A DNA stretch of 63,431 nucleotides, counting the filler, from Folioceros fuciformis (lineage: Eukaryota), in assembly GCA_049999805.1 (NCBI GenBank). It is 5 parts of 5 records of this genome, joined end to end, with 100 filler letters (N's around TTAATTAATTAA, not from the genome) between each part and the next. Parts side by side here need not be neighbours in the genome. Positions count along the whole stretch, not along the records: positions 1 to 14,506 come from JBNGIO010003104.1; positions 14,607 to 23,470 come from JBNGIO010003106.1; positions 23,571 to 33,457 come from JBNGIO010003107.1; 2 more parts are not named here. One strand, given 5' to 3'. The position numbers and the translations under genes were made by a program. Under the pieces are notes generated by a model that searched no databases, was not told where the DNA came from, and worked only from the letters and a program-made list of their open reading frames with translations. Shown piece by piece: positions 11,481 to 23,589 of this stretch (position 1 is its first letter; each line of letters begins with the position of its first letter).

Positions 11481-14400
11481 CACACAGCCAATTAGAGATT
11501 GCAAAAGAAGTATCAGAGAGGCTATGAAATTGATAGGTCTTGAGTTCAGTTCAAATTGTCTACTTCCTACCTATATTTCTATTCAATTCTAAGTAAACCT
11601 TAAGACTTCAGAGCTAGAAGGGGACAAGAACTCTTTTGCTTCTTCTTGTTCCCTTCCTGTAGCTTCTAAAAGTTGGGATTGAAGTATAGCTAGTCATCAC
11701 TTGTCCCGACCTCTTCCATCCAAACCATTCCAGCCTCCTTAGGCATTCTTTCCCTGGATATTGTTCATGTGGCAAGTGGGTTACTTTGCAACAGGTCACA
11801 CCACAACAAGCCTGGGATTTAATCAGACATGGTGTAGACTTACCATAGTATGAAATGAAATTGCCTTCTTGGCCTCCCCAATGCAACCAATTCAGCTTGA
11901 ACATTATTACCTTAGAAGTCGGTCAGGTGTACATCTCGGGAGTCATTGGATTATTTACTCCATCACTGTCAGTCACCACATGCCTCATTTGGTGTGGGTG
12001 CCCTAAAGATAGTTTGAACTCTCTGGGCTTGTAAGTTGCTGGAATCACAACTTTTTCTAGATGTTAGGTCAAAAAATAAGCATCGGAGTAGTACTCTGAT
12101 GATCCACTGGACTCACTTTTGAAGTAAGTGGAAAATTTGTTTTTTTTAATAAACGACTACCTTCGGCAACCCTAAATTCTTTGAAGTAGAAGGCATGCCA
12201 AACCTTTGGATGGTCATTGTGAAGCTATATACATATATATATAGTCATTAGGTTAGTTAAGTCAAGTATAGAATAAACCCTAGGTTGACGGGTTCTCATG
12301 GTTATAACTTGTAATTGCTTCCAGGCACCCGCACACATAAGAGTTTGGCCGTGCTCACGTTAATGTAATGAATCTAAAACCATTCACATTGGACAAACGG
12401 ATTGATAGTAAGGATGACCTGTTCAAGATCCTGTACCTAACATCATGCAGAAGGCGAGGTGTAACCATCCCAGACGGTTGCAGGCGAACTAGAGCAACTG
12501 AGTGTAAGACTTTACGCCGGTGTATGCAAGCCGATACGCCCCACTCCACTCCCTCTCTCTCCCTCCCACCATCTTTCTTGAGAATCATTCCGAGTTTCTC
12601 ATTCCACTCCGCTCTCCTTCCACTCCTCTCTGTCTTCTAGCGCCTTACAACCTTCTTGCTCTCTGGTATTTCTTCTACCCTCTCAAGGCACCTGGTGCAC
12701 TGTTGTCCTTTGCTACTTTGCTCCCTTCTTTTGTTTTCAGCCCACAAAACTCCTTCGCCATGGCACTGCTTAGGCAAGAGAAGCTACTTGCCTCGGGCCT
12801 TTCACCTTTCCTTTTCCACATTTGGGACCACTATAAGGTCCTAATGGATTTGGAGAAAGCATCGCTTTCTTGGCTGCCGTCCGCCCCAGCACCCGCCTCT
12901 GTTGCCCCTCCATAAGCCCCCAAGAAGAAGACTGCGGTGCCGGCCACATAGCCCAAGGCTCTCCCTACCACGTCGGTACCTCTACTGATTTTGGACCCCT
13001 CAGAGGATAGCTGAGGAGCAGCACCGGAGTTGCCGTCCATGGCCTCTGCTCCCAACTCCCTGACCAGCTCGCCTCCAAAGCGGAAAGCAGGAGCGCCACC
13101 AGCCTAGGCACCTCCGTCCAAGCGGCGGAATATCAGAGCCATGTCTACCATGAGAAAACAGCTCTCTCTGCGGATTGCGGTGCCCCCCACTAGTCCAAAG
13201 CTGGAGGACTTCTTGGCTCTGGTATCAAGAACAGGAGGAATGCCAAGGACTAGGGAAGAGGTGGACCACATGGAACTTGTCCAGCTGGCCAGGCAACTAG
13301 ACTACAATGAACTACACGGGATCGAGCCGTCTAGGGTTGAACGGCCACCCTCACCCCATCGAAGGAAGAAGGGACGGGTACCCCGCTCTCTTAGTCGGCC
13401 ACCCATTGGAGTGATCCCAACTTTGGCCCCTAGATCGGCTCCCAAACCAGCCTAGGAGGAGGTTTATTGTCGTAGGGCATTGCCGTGGTCCATAGTCCTA
13501 GAAGACCTTATCAACGAAGGTATTACAAACGTAGCAGCCATGAGAAGGGGTATCTGGATGTCCTTCGAGAGGGCAAAATTGCCTCCCAACTACTAGCTCT
13601 ACACCGGAGCTACGGCGGAAGGAGCCACATAGGCAGCCCAAGGTATTGCCACAAGCATAGCGGAGGGGCTTGCATGGTCCTTCGGATAGGTAGCAGCTTG
13701 GGAGGGCGAAAACGTTGCCCTCCAAAGCAAGATGGCTGAGTTAGCAACTCAATTGTCCGCCCTAAAAGATTAGCAAAAGAAACAGCTCAGCGAAGCTTAG
13801 GGGGGGAATTCTAGGTCACAAGCCAGTACGGAGACCATCCGAGCAAAAGAGAGACAAGCATGGAGGAAGCGGGAGACGACCTCCTAGGAGGCTTGCCGAC
13901 AACACATAGCGGTCCGGGATCGCTACTGTAAGGAGCAAAACCAAGCCCTTGAGGAGGGAGAAGGACGCCTCTTAGAAGCTAATTGAGGCTGTTTGGCATG
14001 TGGAAGAGCTACAAGGCACACTTTGGGTAGTGTAGGCCGAGGAGAAAGCGGCCCAGCAAGAAGTCCGGACCCTTAAAGCAGACAATGCGGGTGCGCAAAA
14101 ACATGCAGAGCCATGGCGAGGTGTGGGACGAGGAGCAGAAAACACTCCTGAAGTGGATTGATGACCTGTGTGCCAAGATCAAGGAGTTGGAAGCTCTACT
14201 GGCCAACTACGGGGCTCAGGAGGAACATTGGGAGGTGGCACTACTCTGAGTGCAAACGGAAGCAGTCTCCAACCTTCGGTAACAAGAATCAACCACACTC
14301 ACCTTAGGGGCCCTTAAGGAGCTCCGGTGGTATGTGGCAACGGCGGTAGCATAGCACTCCGACCTTCTGGAGTATAGGACCCTCTGAAGGATGGTAGTGG

Positions 14401-14506
14401 ATGCCATCTAGCAAGTGGATGACAACCACGCGTTCTTCTAGAGCGAGGTGCTCTGAGTCTAATGAGTTATATGATTAATATAATGTATTACAGCCCTAAG
14501 GCTAAA

Positions 14507-14606
14507 NNNNNNNNNNNNNNNNNNNNNNNNNNNNNNNNNNNNNNNNNNNNTTAATTAATTAANNNNNNNNNNNNNNNNNNNNNNNNNNNNNNNNNNNNNN
14601 NNNNNN
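14507..14606. other. Assembly gap / contig-join spacer
   Basis: 44 N + TTAATTAATTAA + 44 N. Confidence 0.97.
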
Positions 14607-16139
14607 CTTCACAACTATCTCCTATCCTAACTTCCTCTTTCAATGACTTCCCTCGTTTACCACAAGCGGTGCCGCCTGATGAACCATCCCCACTTCCCTT
14701 GCCCTCTCCTCATGTGTCGTCAAATGATGTCCTGTTTTCTCTTGGGCTTGATTACTATCCTTTTCCTCCTTTTGCCCCTATTCCTCCCGTAGTATATGAA
14801 CCATTCACTGCTCTCTCTCCTTCTCTATCCCACTCTCCTCATGTGTCACCAAATGATGTTCTTCCAAGCTCTCCACATCTTGATCACTTTCCTCATCCTC
14901 CTTTTTCTCATGCTTTATCCAACAAACTGTTCTCACCTAACCCTCCCTCTCCCTCTCCACGGGAGTTACTAAACGATGTTGTTCCGATTCCTCTAGGGTT
15001 TGATGACCCTAATTCTTTCCCTTCTTTTCCTCCCTCTCCTCATGCAGTGCTTAAGGGAGTATATCCTTCCTCTCCCATTATGTCTAACTCTAAAGATGTT
15101 GAAGTTTCTTATCCTCTAGTAGATGAGAACAATTTTTCTTTGAACTAAGGCAATGCATTTGCAAGTAGGAGATACAAATTTGTTGTTTGAGTCTATCTTG
15201 TTCTAGGCGAAGTAATTTGTATTCGTTCTCATTATTTGCACTTATTCATAACATCTGGTTGTTGTCTTGATTGTTGTTAACTCACAACCTCACTAACAAT
15301 TGTGCGACATTCACAAACCAGCTAGTAGCAAATAGAAGGAGATGTTGTTTGCAAAAGATAATGTTCCTTCAACAACGAATAGTGCATTTTGATTCAGACC
15401 TTAAAATTTTGTAAACAACTTGGCGAACATATACGTGTAGTGATTGCGCTTGGAAGACATATGTATGCACCCTCGATAATGACGATAAGTTTCCAGGGTT
15501 GTTGAGAGTGATCCATATTGTACTTGATGTGGAAACATTGTTGTAGTTGATGTAGAAAACTCTCTTAAATTCATAAATATGATCATCGAAGAAAATTGTG
15601 AAACTAAGTTTCTTATAACTAAGTCTCTTATAACGTTTTAGCACTGCTCTACTCTCCATTGTTTACAACAAAAAGCCAAAGGAACTCTACGATGCTTGAG
15701 TGCTAGAATTGCACACACTACCATGACTGAGTCTAACCACAAAGATCCAATGACCGAGAGAAAGGGAGGCCACCGGTGATTGAATCAACAATAGGAGGCA
15801 AAGGGTTTCCTGATTCTTGCATTAAGGTCTCTTAGCATTTTGCACTACAACAATTCTTTGGCTTGAATAATGAGGCTTCTAACCTCATGTCGGGGAATGC
15901 TTCAAGAGGGGTTACTAGGTGTGGCCCACCCTTGTCTAACACAACGGGGACATTATACAATCTAGACAACAATGTTGTTAGGTAGCTAAAAGCCAAGAGT
16001 TTGGGATCTCCACTACCAGTCCCCACAAGGGTAGAACCCCACTTTGGACTTGAGAAACTTGTTGATCTAGATAAAAGTACAATCATACCTTCTCATTCCT
16101 ATGATGACTTGGAAAGGGGGGATGAATGAGGAGCTCCGT

Positions 16140-18336
16140 TGTTGTCTCAGGATAGCACAGCTATGACTCTAGATGAGATCACTCGCTTTGATAATGTGGT
16201 CCTTTGCCGACAAGAAATTTGGAAGGGAGCAGACGTTTCGCCTAAGCTTTGACAGTAGGCTGTTCCCTTGCCCCTTGAAACCAAAAGCCTCGATGCACAC
16301 ACCAAGATGAAGTGGCCTACAGTCATCCAGGAATTTTTGGTGTAGCCATCTACCCACCTCTCTCCAAATCTCCTGAGCATACTCGCAGTGGAGAAACATG
16401 TCTTGGCTTTTGTTGGGGGCGCCCGCCCTGCATAATTGACAAACGTCCTCCCTTGCTGTCACTAGCAGGCCGTCTCACCTATCTGCATGTGGTAAGCTTG
16501 CTTGAAAGAAGCATCACACTATAACTCTCACCTTGGGAGGGATACCTTTCGACCCCCAAAGAAGCTTAATCGCTGCTCTCTGCCATCTTAGGGACAATCC
16601 TAGCCTAAGAGCCATCGGATTATGTCTGTTGACTTTCTGTGCTCGGACAAGCCAAGGTTACATGTCCGCCGTTGGGAAATTAAAAAAAGATTGAGGGTTT
16701 GTGTGCTTGCTCCCTGGGCGACGAGGCCATCTAGCCAGGTCTGGTCTTAAGGCCAACTCCCAATTCTCCATCAAACGAAACCAACATCGTTGTGGTGGTT
16801 TCTATAAGGCTTGCTGCATGTTCCCACACTCCTCTTGGGTGCACTAGCGCCCCTCCCGCAAGGTTCTAGATAGCACCGTTATTGGATGTAGCTCCCCACA
16901 GTAGATATCCCCTTTCTCCCTACCTTGCCTCTCAAGTACGCCGTCAAGTGAAATAACCTTGTAGGACCTCACTGTTGTTCTGCCTGTATTGGACGACACA
17001 AAGATTGCCTTGTCCATTTCGGGATTGGCCCCCTGGTCATCCAAGTCCGAGTCGACCCTCTTGTTGTCCAAAGCAACTGCTCCCCATGAATGAGGTGCTA
17101 ACACCTTTTGTTGGGGCAAGACTTGTTTCACTAGGACAACTAGCCCCTCTTGCAACCAAGCAAAAATAAGACTAATATGTCGGGGCAGAATACCAAACTC
17201 CTGTTTCACCTCTTCCACCTCTTTCCAGCAAGATTCTGTGTTGTTCCACAGATGATCCAGTTGGATCACCCTTTGTCGACCAACTTGGGCAAAAATTTGG
17301 GAGCCCCCACGAAATACCCCCACGAAATAAATTCTTGAGTCCACTGTCCCCTAAACCCCTATAGGGTATCCGGATACCGACCACATCATCCATACACATG
17401 GGGTTAGTCAGAACAAGAAGTCCTTTCACCTCTAGGAAACTGTTCCAAATGGACTTGAAGAGTGGGGAGCACTCAAAAGATCCAAAAGGGGCTTATCCGC
17501 CAATATGTTGTCAATTGATCTCCTCCCTCGTGGGATCGCCTGCACATGACTCAAGTGTTGAGTCAAAAGACTTTTCCATGGGTAGCAGGACGAGTCAGCA
17601 GTTCGAATAATCCACTGGGCATGTAGGGTTTTCATCTTAGATATAAGATCTACTAGACCGAGCCCCCCCATCCTATGTGCCTGAATAATGTGGTACCATG
17701 CCACTTTATGACCCGTGGAAGTATCACCCCCTGGTCTGTTGCACAAGAAGCTAGTCATCACCTATTGCAACCTCTTCATATCGCTCAGTGTGAGGGTCCA
17801 CAAGAGGAGGTAATACCAAAGAGAAGGCATTAGTATGTGATTTATCACCACAAGCCTTCCAGCAAGATTGAGATCCAAGAGTCACACACTAGTAGCCTTT
17901 CGAATGAATCGAAGACACACAAATTTACCAATCTCCCCGTTCTCATCTTCCTCTTGAAGTGGTAGCCCTAGATACTTGTGCGTAGTCCCGAGGCTGACCC
18001 GCTTGATATGACGGATGCTATGTGTGGCTCCCCTGGCATATTGATGCACAACATACGAGTCTTATTCCAATTAACCCTACAACCAGAGAGGCGGCCAAAT
18101 ACCTTAATCTGGTGCAATAGAGCTTGTAGAGACGCCTCCTCCGGTGTTGAAAACAACATTGTATCATGGAGTCACTAACATGTTAGTCACTCTGGGTCTT
18201 GTTTTATTGCATGCAGAAGAAAGTTAGTGACTATTATAAACAAGAAGGGGGCAAGAGGACAACCTTGGCAAACCGATCAGGTGATGTCAAAACGTTCAGT
18301 GAAGGAACCATTGATGGCCACCTTGGCTCCTACATC
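16140..18336 (-). mobile_element. L1-like LINE copy 1 (RT C-terminal half and zf-RVT), decayed
   Basis: 'QGCPLAPFLFIIVT', 'KVAWYHII...GGLGLVDL', 'CQLCRAGAPNKSQDMFLHCEYAQEIW'. Confidence 0.85.
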
Positions 18337-21300
18337 TTTTTTTTCGCGAAAAAAATCTGATTAATTGGCAGAGGCCCCCCACTAAGGGGGGACCTTCAAA
18401 CGTATGTACAAGCGCAGGCGCCAGAGAAGAGGGGGAGAAAAAAGGTCTTGAGTCCATTACTCAGGACAAGCCGCTCAGGGAGCACTCCCCTACACTATGG
18501 TCCCCTCAAGCTGCCTAAGCCATTTATACTCACCCTTTGGGGTCTCCCCCGGCCTTTGAGGCTCATCATGCCCAAGGGCACGAGTGATTCCAACGCGTAC
18601 CTTCCCCCGGTGCTAGGAAACTTGCCATCCTCCAATCTTTTTGCTTAAACTGCTTTCGACAAGATTGCTCCAAAGCTTCTGCTGCAGTCAACAAATGCTC
18701 CCATATGCACCACAACAAAGCTTTCGCTAAGGCTGAGTCCTTTCCTCCATATACCACTACGAACCAGTTGACCCATAGATGGAAAATGCAAGACGACCAC
18801 AGTAATCCCCACCACTGTGTTTTAAGGAGAGGTTTGCTTGAGGTTGCGTCCAGCCCAAATAAGACTGATTGTGCCGTTATCCTGAGGTTAGCGCCAGGAA
18901 AAATCAAACAGAGCCACCTACCAGCCTCCCTCCAGATCTCTTGGGCAAAGTTGCAATGATAGAACATGTATTGGCTCTTGTTCGAGGCCCCAGCGGTGCA
19001 CAATCGACACACATCCTCCCCTGTTGCAGCTAAAAGGCCATCCCACCGATCCGCATTAGGCAAACACGCTTGCAGAAAACACCAAACCGTATATCTGACC
19101 TTGGGAGGGATACCAACGGATTCCAAAGAAGTTTTATGGATTCCCTTTGATGCCGTCCAGCTAATTGCAATTGGGGGGCCATCGGCTGTCTTTGTTTGAT
19201 TTTCTGCGCGCGCACCAACCAGAGAAACAAGTCCGCCGTCGGGAAATTGAAGAAGGACCGAGGGGTAGCCTTCCTGCATCTCGGCCATCTGGGCCACTTG
19301 TAGAGATCTGGTCTGAGGGTTAGGGCCCAATTCTCGCAAAGTCGGAACCAGTGCTGGACCTTTGCTATGTCGGAGACTTCGGCTCACTTGGGCGTTCACC
19401 TGTGCTGCACCATCGCCCTGCCTGAAAGGACTTGACGAGGACAGAGATAGCCCGTAATTCCCCTCCTCAGGCTACCCCGTCCTCCCTGCCCTGCTCTTCC
19501 AAAAGTCCATCCGGTGACACGACCTTGAATGACTTCAGCGTCTCATTGCCATCCGATCTCGCAAGCCAGATTGCCCTGTCTAGTTCTAAGTCTTCCGCCT
19601 GGTCATCTTCCTCCTCCAAGTTGGCTCCACTACTATCCATGGGGTACACATACCAACCATCCCCTCCCAAGACTGGTTGTTGCGTTAAGACCTGTTGCAC
19701 CTTTTCCTCCAGACCCTTGTGCAACCACGAAAAGATGAGTCTGACTTGCTGGGTCCCTAGACCAAACTCCCCTTTGACCTCCTCTATCTCCTTCCACTGA
19801 GACTCAGATCTATTCCATAGATGGCCAAGTTGGATCATGCCTCTCCAGCAGGCCAACCCAAAAATTTGTGACCGATATACCCTTGACTTGAATTCCTGCA
19901 CCCACAACCTCGAGAACCCCTGCAAAGGAATACCAAGAACATCATCCGCACAAGAGAATTCACCTGGAGTAAGGTATCGTTTAACCTCCAGATAACTCCT
20001 CCAGTGGACTTGAAAAGCGGGGAGCAATCTGCAGTATCAAGAAGTGATTTGTCAGCCAGAATGTTGTCTATAGATCTCCTTCCGTGGGGACAGCTTGGGT
20101 GCAGTCCAAGTAGTGTGTTAGAAGACTCTTCCAAGGATAGTACGCCGGATCTGCTGCCCTGACAACCCATTGAGCATGCAAAACTTTCATCTTGGCTACC
20201 AGGTACACCACCCCGAGACCCCCCAAACCCCGCACCTGAATAATATGCTGCCAAGCCACCCTAGAGCAACTAGCCATATTATCCCCCGAACACTTCCAAA
20301 GGAAAGAGGTCAGCACCTGTTGTAAGCACTAAGACCAGATAATACCATAAGGAGGCGGTAAAAATATGATTAATCACCACCAGCCTACCTGCTAGGTTGA
20401 GTTCCAGTAACTACGGACTAGCCGGTTTGCGAATGAATTTGAGAAGCACGTACTTCCCAATCTCCCCGTTCTCATCCTTCCCTTGTAAAGGAAGCCCCAA
20501 ATACTTGTGTGTAGAACCCAGGGTCACTCGCCTAATGTGATTAATACATTGGGGAGGCTCCCCCTCCAAATGGGTAACTCCCGGGTAACTTCTCTCATGT
20601 GGATGATGTTCTTGGTATTCCTTTGCAGGGATTCTCGAGGCTGTGGGTTCAGGATTTCAGGTCAAGGGTATATCGGTCCCAAATCTTCGGGCTGGCGTGT
20701 CGGAGGGGCGTTTCCAACTTGGGCATTTATGGAATAGATCCAAGTCCCGCTGGAAAGAGGTAGAGGAGGTCAAAGGGGAATTTGGCGTTGGTGCCTGGCA
20801 TGTCAGGCTCATTTTTTCGTGGCTGCCCGAGGGGCTTGAGGAACATGTGCAACAGATTTTAAGGCAACCACTTACCAGAGGCGAGGAAGGGTGGTGTGTG
20901 TATTCCATGGATAGCAGGGGAGTCATCTCGGCGGAGGAGGACGAACAAGAAGATGCACTAGATTTAGGTAGAGTAGTCTGGCTTGCAAGAGCTGATGGCA
21001 AAGAGGCGTTGAAGTCGTTCCAGGTCATGTCGCCTGCCGGTTTTTTGGAAGTTCAGGGAAGGGAGGACGGGGAAACCCAAGGAGGGCAGCTGCGGGCTAT
21101 CACTGTCCTCTATAAGTCCGTTCGGGCTGGGCGCTGGTGCATTCTAGGCGAACGTCCTATTGGGCCGCAATCTTCCGATAAAGCGAAGGCTCTATGTTGG
21201 TTTCGTTTGGGTGGAAATTGAGCTCTGACCTTCATACCAGATCTCTACCAGTGACCCAAGCGTCCAGGGAGCAAGAAGGCTACTTCTCGATCTTTCTTCA

Positions 21301-23470
21301 ACTTCCCAACGGTGGATTTATTCCTCTGGCTGGTGCGAGCACAAAAAATCAAGCAAAGACAACCAATCAAGCTACTATGGAAGTCCACAAGAATCCCCCC
21401 CAAGGTCAGGTATACAGTTTGGTGCTTCTTTCAAGCGTGTTTTCCTAATGCGGATCGATGGGATGGGCTCTTAGTTGCAACGGGAGAGGAAGTGTGTCGA
21501 CTGTGCAATGCTGGGGCCCCGAACAAGAGTCAACATATGTTCTTTCACTACAGCTTTGCTCAAGAGATATGGAGGGAGGTAGGCACCTGGCTGCGATTGA
21601 TTTCACCTGGTGCTAACCTCAGGATCACAACACAATCAGCCTTATTTGGGCTGGATGCAGCCTCGGGCAAGCCTCTTCTTAAAACACAATGGTGGGGCTT
21701 ACTGTGGTCTTTGTGCCTTTTTCATCTTTGGGTCAATTGGTCCGCGGTGGTCTATGGAGGACAGGAGCCAGCTTCATCGAAAGCTTTGTTGTGGCGCATA
21801 TAGGAGCATTTATTGATTGCAGCAAAAGCATTAGGCAATCCCGTTGGAAATAGTTTAAGAGGAAAGAGTGGAGGTCGGCGGGCTTCCTTATGACTGAGAC
21901 AGGTACGAGCTGGAATCATTTGTGCCCATGGGGAAGGTGAGCCCTTAGGGGCCTTGGGAGACTTCGAGGGGTCAATATTAGTGGCTTTAACAGTCTACGG
22001 GTAGCATAGTGGAGGCGAGCGCTCTCTAAGCTTCTTGTCTTGAGTTTTGGACTCAAGGCCATTCTTCCAGCCCCTCTCCGGTGGTGCTCGACATATGTAC
22101 ATACGTTTGCAAGGGGTCCCCCCCTCTTTTGTATCGTAAGTGGGAGGCATCTTCAACTCTTAAATAGAATTCTTTTTCGCGAAAAAAAGAGAGTATCATC
22201 TGCAAATGCAGAGACCCTCAACTGCGTTCCATTTGGGTTTCGAATTCCCACCACTGTCGGATCTTGCTTGACTGCTTTGAGAAAGAAGTAAGTGACGATA
22301 ATAAATAAGAATGGAGTAAGGGGGCAACCCTGACGTCCCGATTGAGAGATGTCAAAGCGTTCTGTAAAGGACCCATTTACAGCCACCTTGGCTCCTGCGT
22401 CTTCACACAAAATGGCAATCCATCTGTAGAAATTGTTCCCAAACCCGAAACTACGTAAACATTGCCATAGGAAATGCCTTTTAACAGAATCATAGGCCTT
22501 GTAAAAGACAAGGAAAATGAAGACGGCGGCTTTCTTTGTACCTGAGTGTTGTATTTTGCTTCCCGCAAGAGTAATAGGTTGTCCAGGATGCACCTGTTTT
22601 GAATAAACCCTCGCTGTTCTTTCTCAATCCAATCATCAAGAAAGAGAGTAATTCGGTTAGCCAGTACCTTAGCAATCACCTTGTACGTGGACGTGAGCAG
22701 GGTAATTGGGTGCCAATCGGAGATTGAAAGGCTGGCATCTTGCTTAGAGAGCAAGGAGTTAACCCCCATGTTGAACCAACTCCCCATGCTACCTTCTTCC
22801 CATAACATACTGACCGCTTCCATGAATAACGGCTGCATAAAATCCCACCCCCATAGCAGGAACTCGAGAGGGATACCATTGTGCCCTGGGGATTTATCCC
22901 TCGGCATCCCCTTTAGGACCTGTAGCACCTCGTTAGCAGTTATCGCCTCATCCAATTCCCTGCGGTGGACAGTAGACACTTTCGCCGAAAGCGCGCCATA
23001 AGAATGAGACCAAAGCCGTTCCCATCCTGCAGCCTTCCAACGTTTGAGAATATGCCAACAAAAAAGAGGGTGATAAGAGTTTTTTAACCTTCAAGTGATT
23101 CCTGCACCACGCCACACGCGTCTGGAAGGGCTGGAATTCGGGTCCTATGTCGGTTAGAAGCCACCTTGTTGAAGAAGAATTTAGAGGGACCGTCTCCCTC
23201 CCTCACCCACTTGACTTTGGCCCGCTTAAACCAACCTCTGGCCCTGTCTTCTTCCAGCTTGGCCAAAGTGCACTGCACCTTTGTTTTCCTGGCCTCCTCC
23301 GCACATGTGAACTCTCGGCCTTCGCAACTCCTTTGTAACCGGCATAGGTCCTCTCGCAAAAAACATTCTTGTTGGCCTTGTTCACGCGCTCGTTGAACAC
23401 CTAGTCTCCTCAAATACCTAGTCGCCTCATTGTTAGCACACATCAATTTGACCGCCGCGTTATCTTCCCC
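18337..23470 (-). mobile_element. L1-like LINE copy 2 (RT to 3' end), interrupted by copy 3 at about 20566-22188
   Basis: 'KSPGHNGIPLEF', 'WHPITLLTSTYKVIAKVLANR', 'QGCPLTPFLF', 'AFADD' and zf-RVT 'CRLC...MFYHCNFAQEIW'. The 3' end is T8-CGCG-A7 at 18337-18355. Confidence 0.88.
20566..22188 (+). mobile_element. L1-like LINE copy 3, 5'-truncated, opposite orientation
   Basis: ORFs 20643..21221 and 21312..21803 are close paralogs of 19467..20027 and 18566..19399. Ends in TTTTTCGCGAAAAAAA. Confidence 0.88.
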
Positions 23471-23570
23471 NNNNNNNNNNNNNNNNNNNNNNNNNNNNNN
23501 NNNNNNNNNNNNNNTTAATTAATTAANNNNNNNNNNNNNNNNNNNNNNNNNNNNNNNNNNNNNNNNNNNN
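23471..23570. other. Assembly gap / contig-join spacer
   Basis: 44 N + TTAATTAATTAA + 44 N. Confidence 0.97.
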
Positions 23571-23589
23571 CCAGTGCTGTGAATGGCTC

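Noticed and set aside
11614-12130. Cys-containing minus-strand frame (CCGVTCCKV), possible transposase fragment
   Set aside because: No recognisable catalytic motif; too weak to call.
12500-14460. Stop-riddled Pro-rich then coiled-coil-like frame
   Set aside because: Probably a decayed TE accessory ORF, but no diagnostic motif supports a call.
14507-14606. TTAATTAATTAA palindrome inside N runs (also 23471, 33458, 62013)
   Set aside because: Identical 44N-12-44N format four times with stops in all frames: an artificial join spacer, not biology.
14669-15148. Pro/Ser-rich 159-aa ORF with recurring CCCTCTCCTCATG motif
   Set aside because: Low-complexity pyrimidine-rich sequence next to a gap, with no ATG start or family evidence.
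18337-22188. Twin-priming 5' inversion of a single LINE
   Set aside because: Both orientations include the same 3' region and their own tails and are diverged, so they are two insertions.
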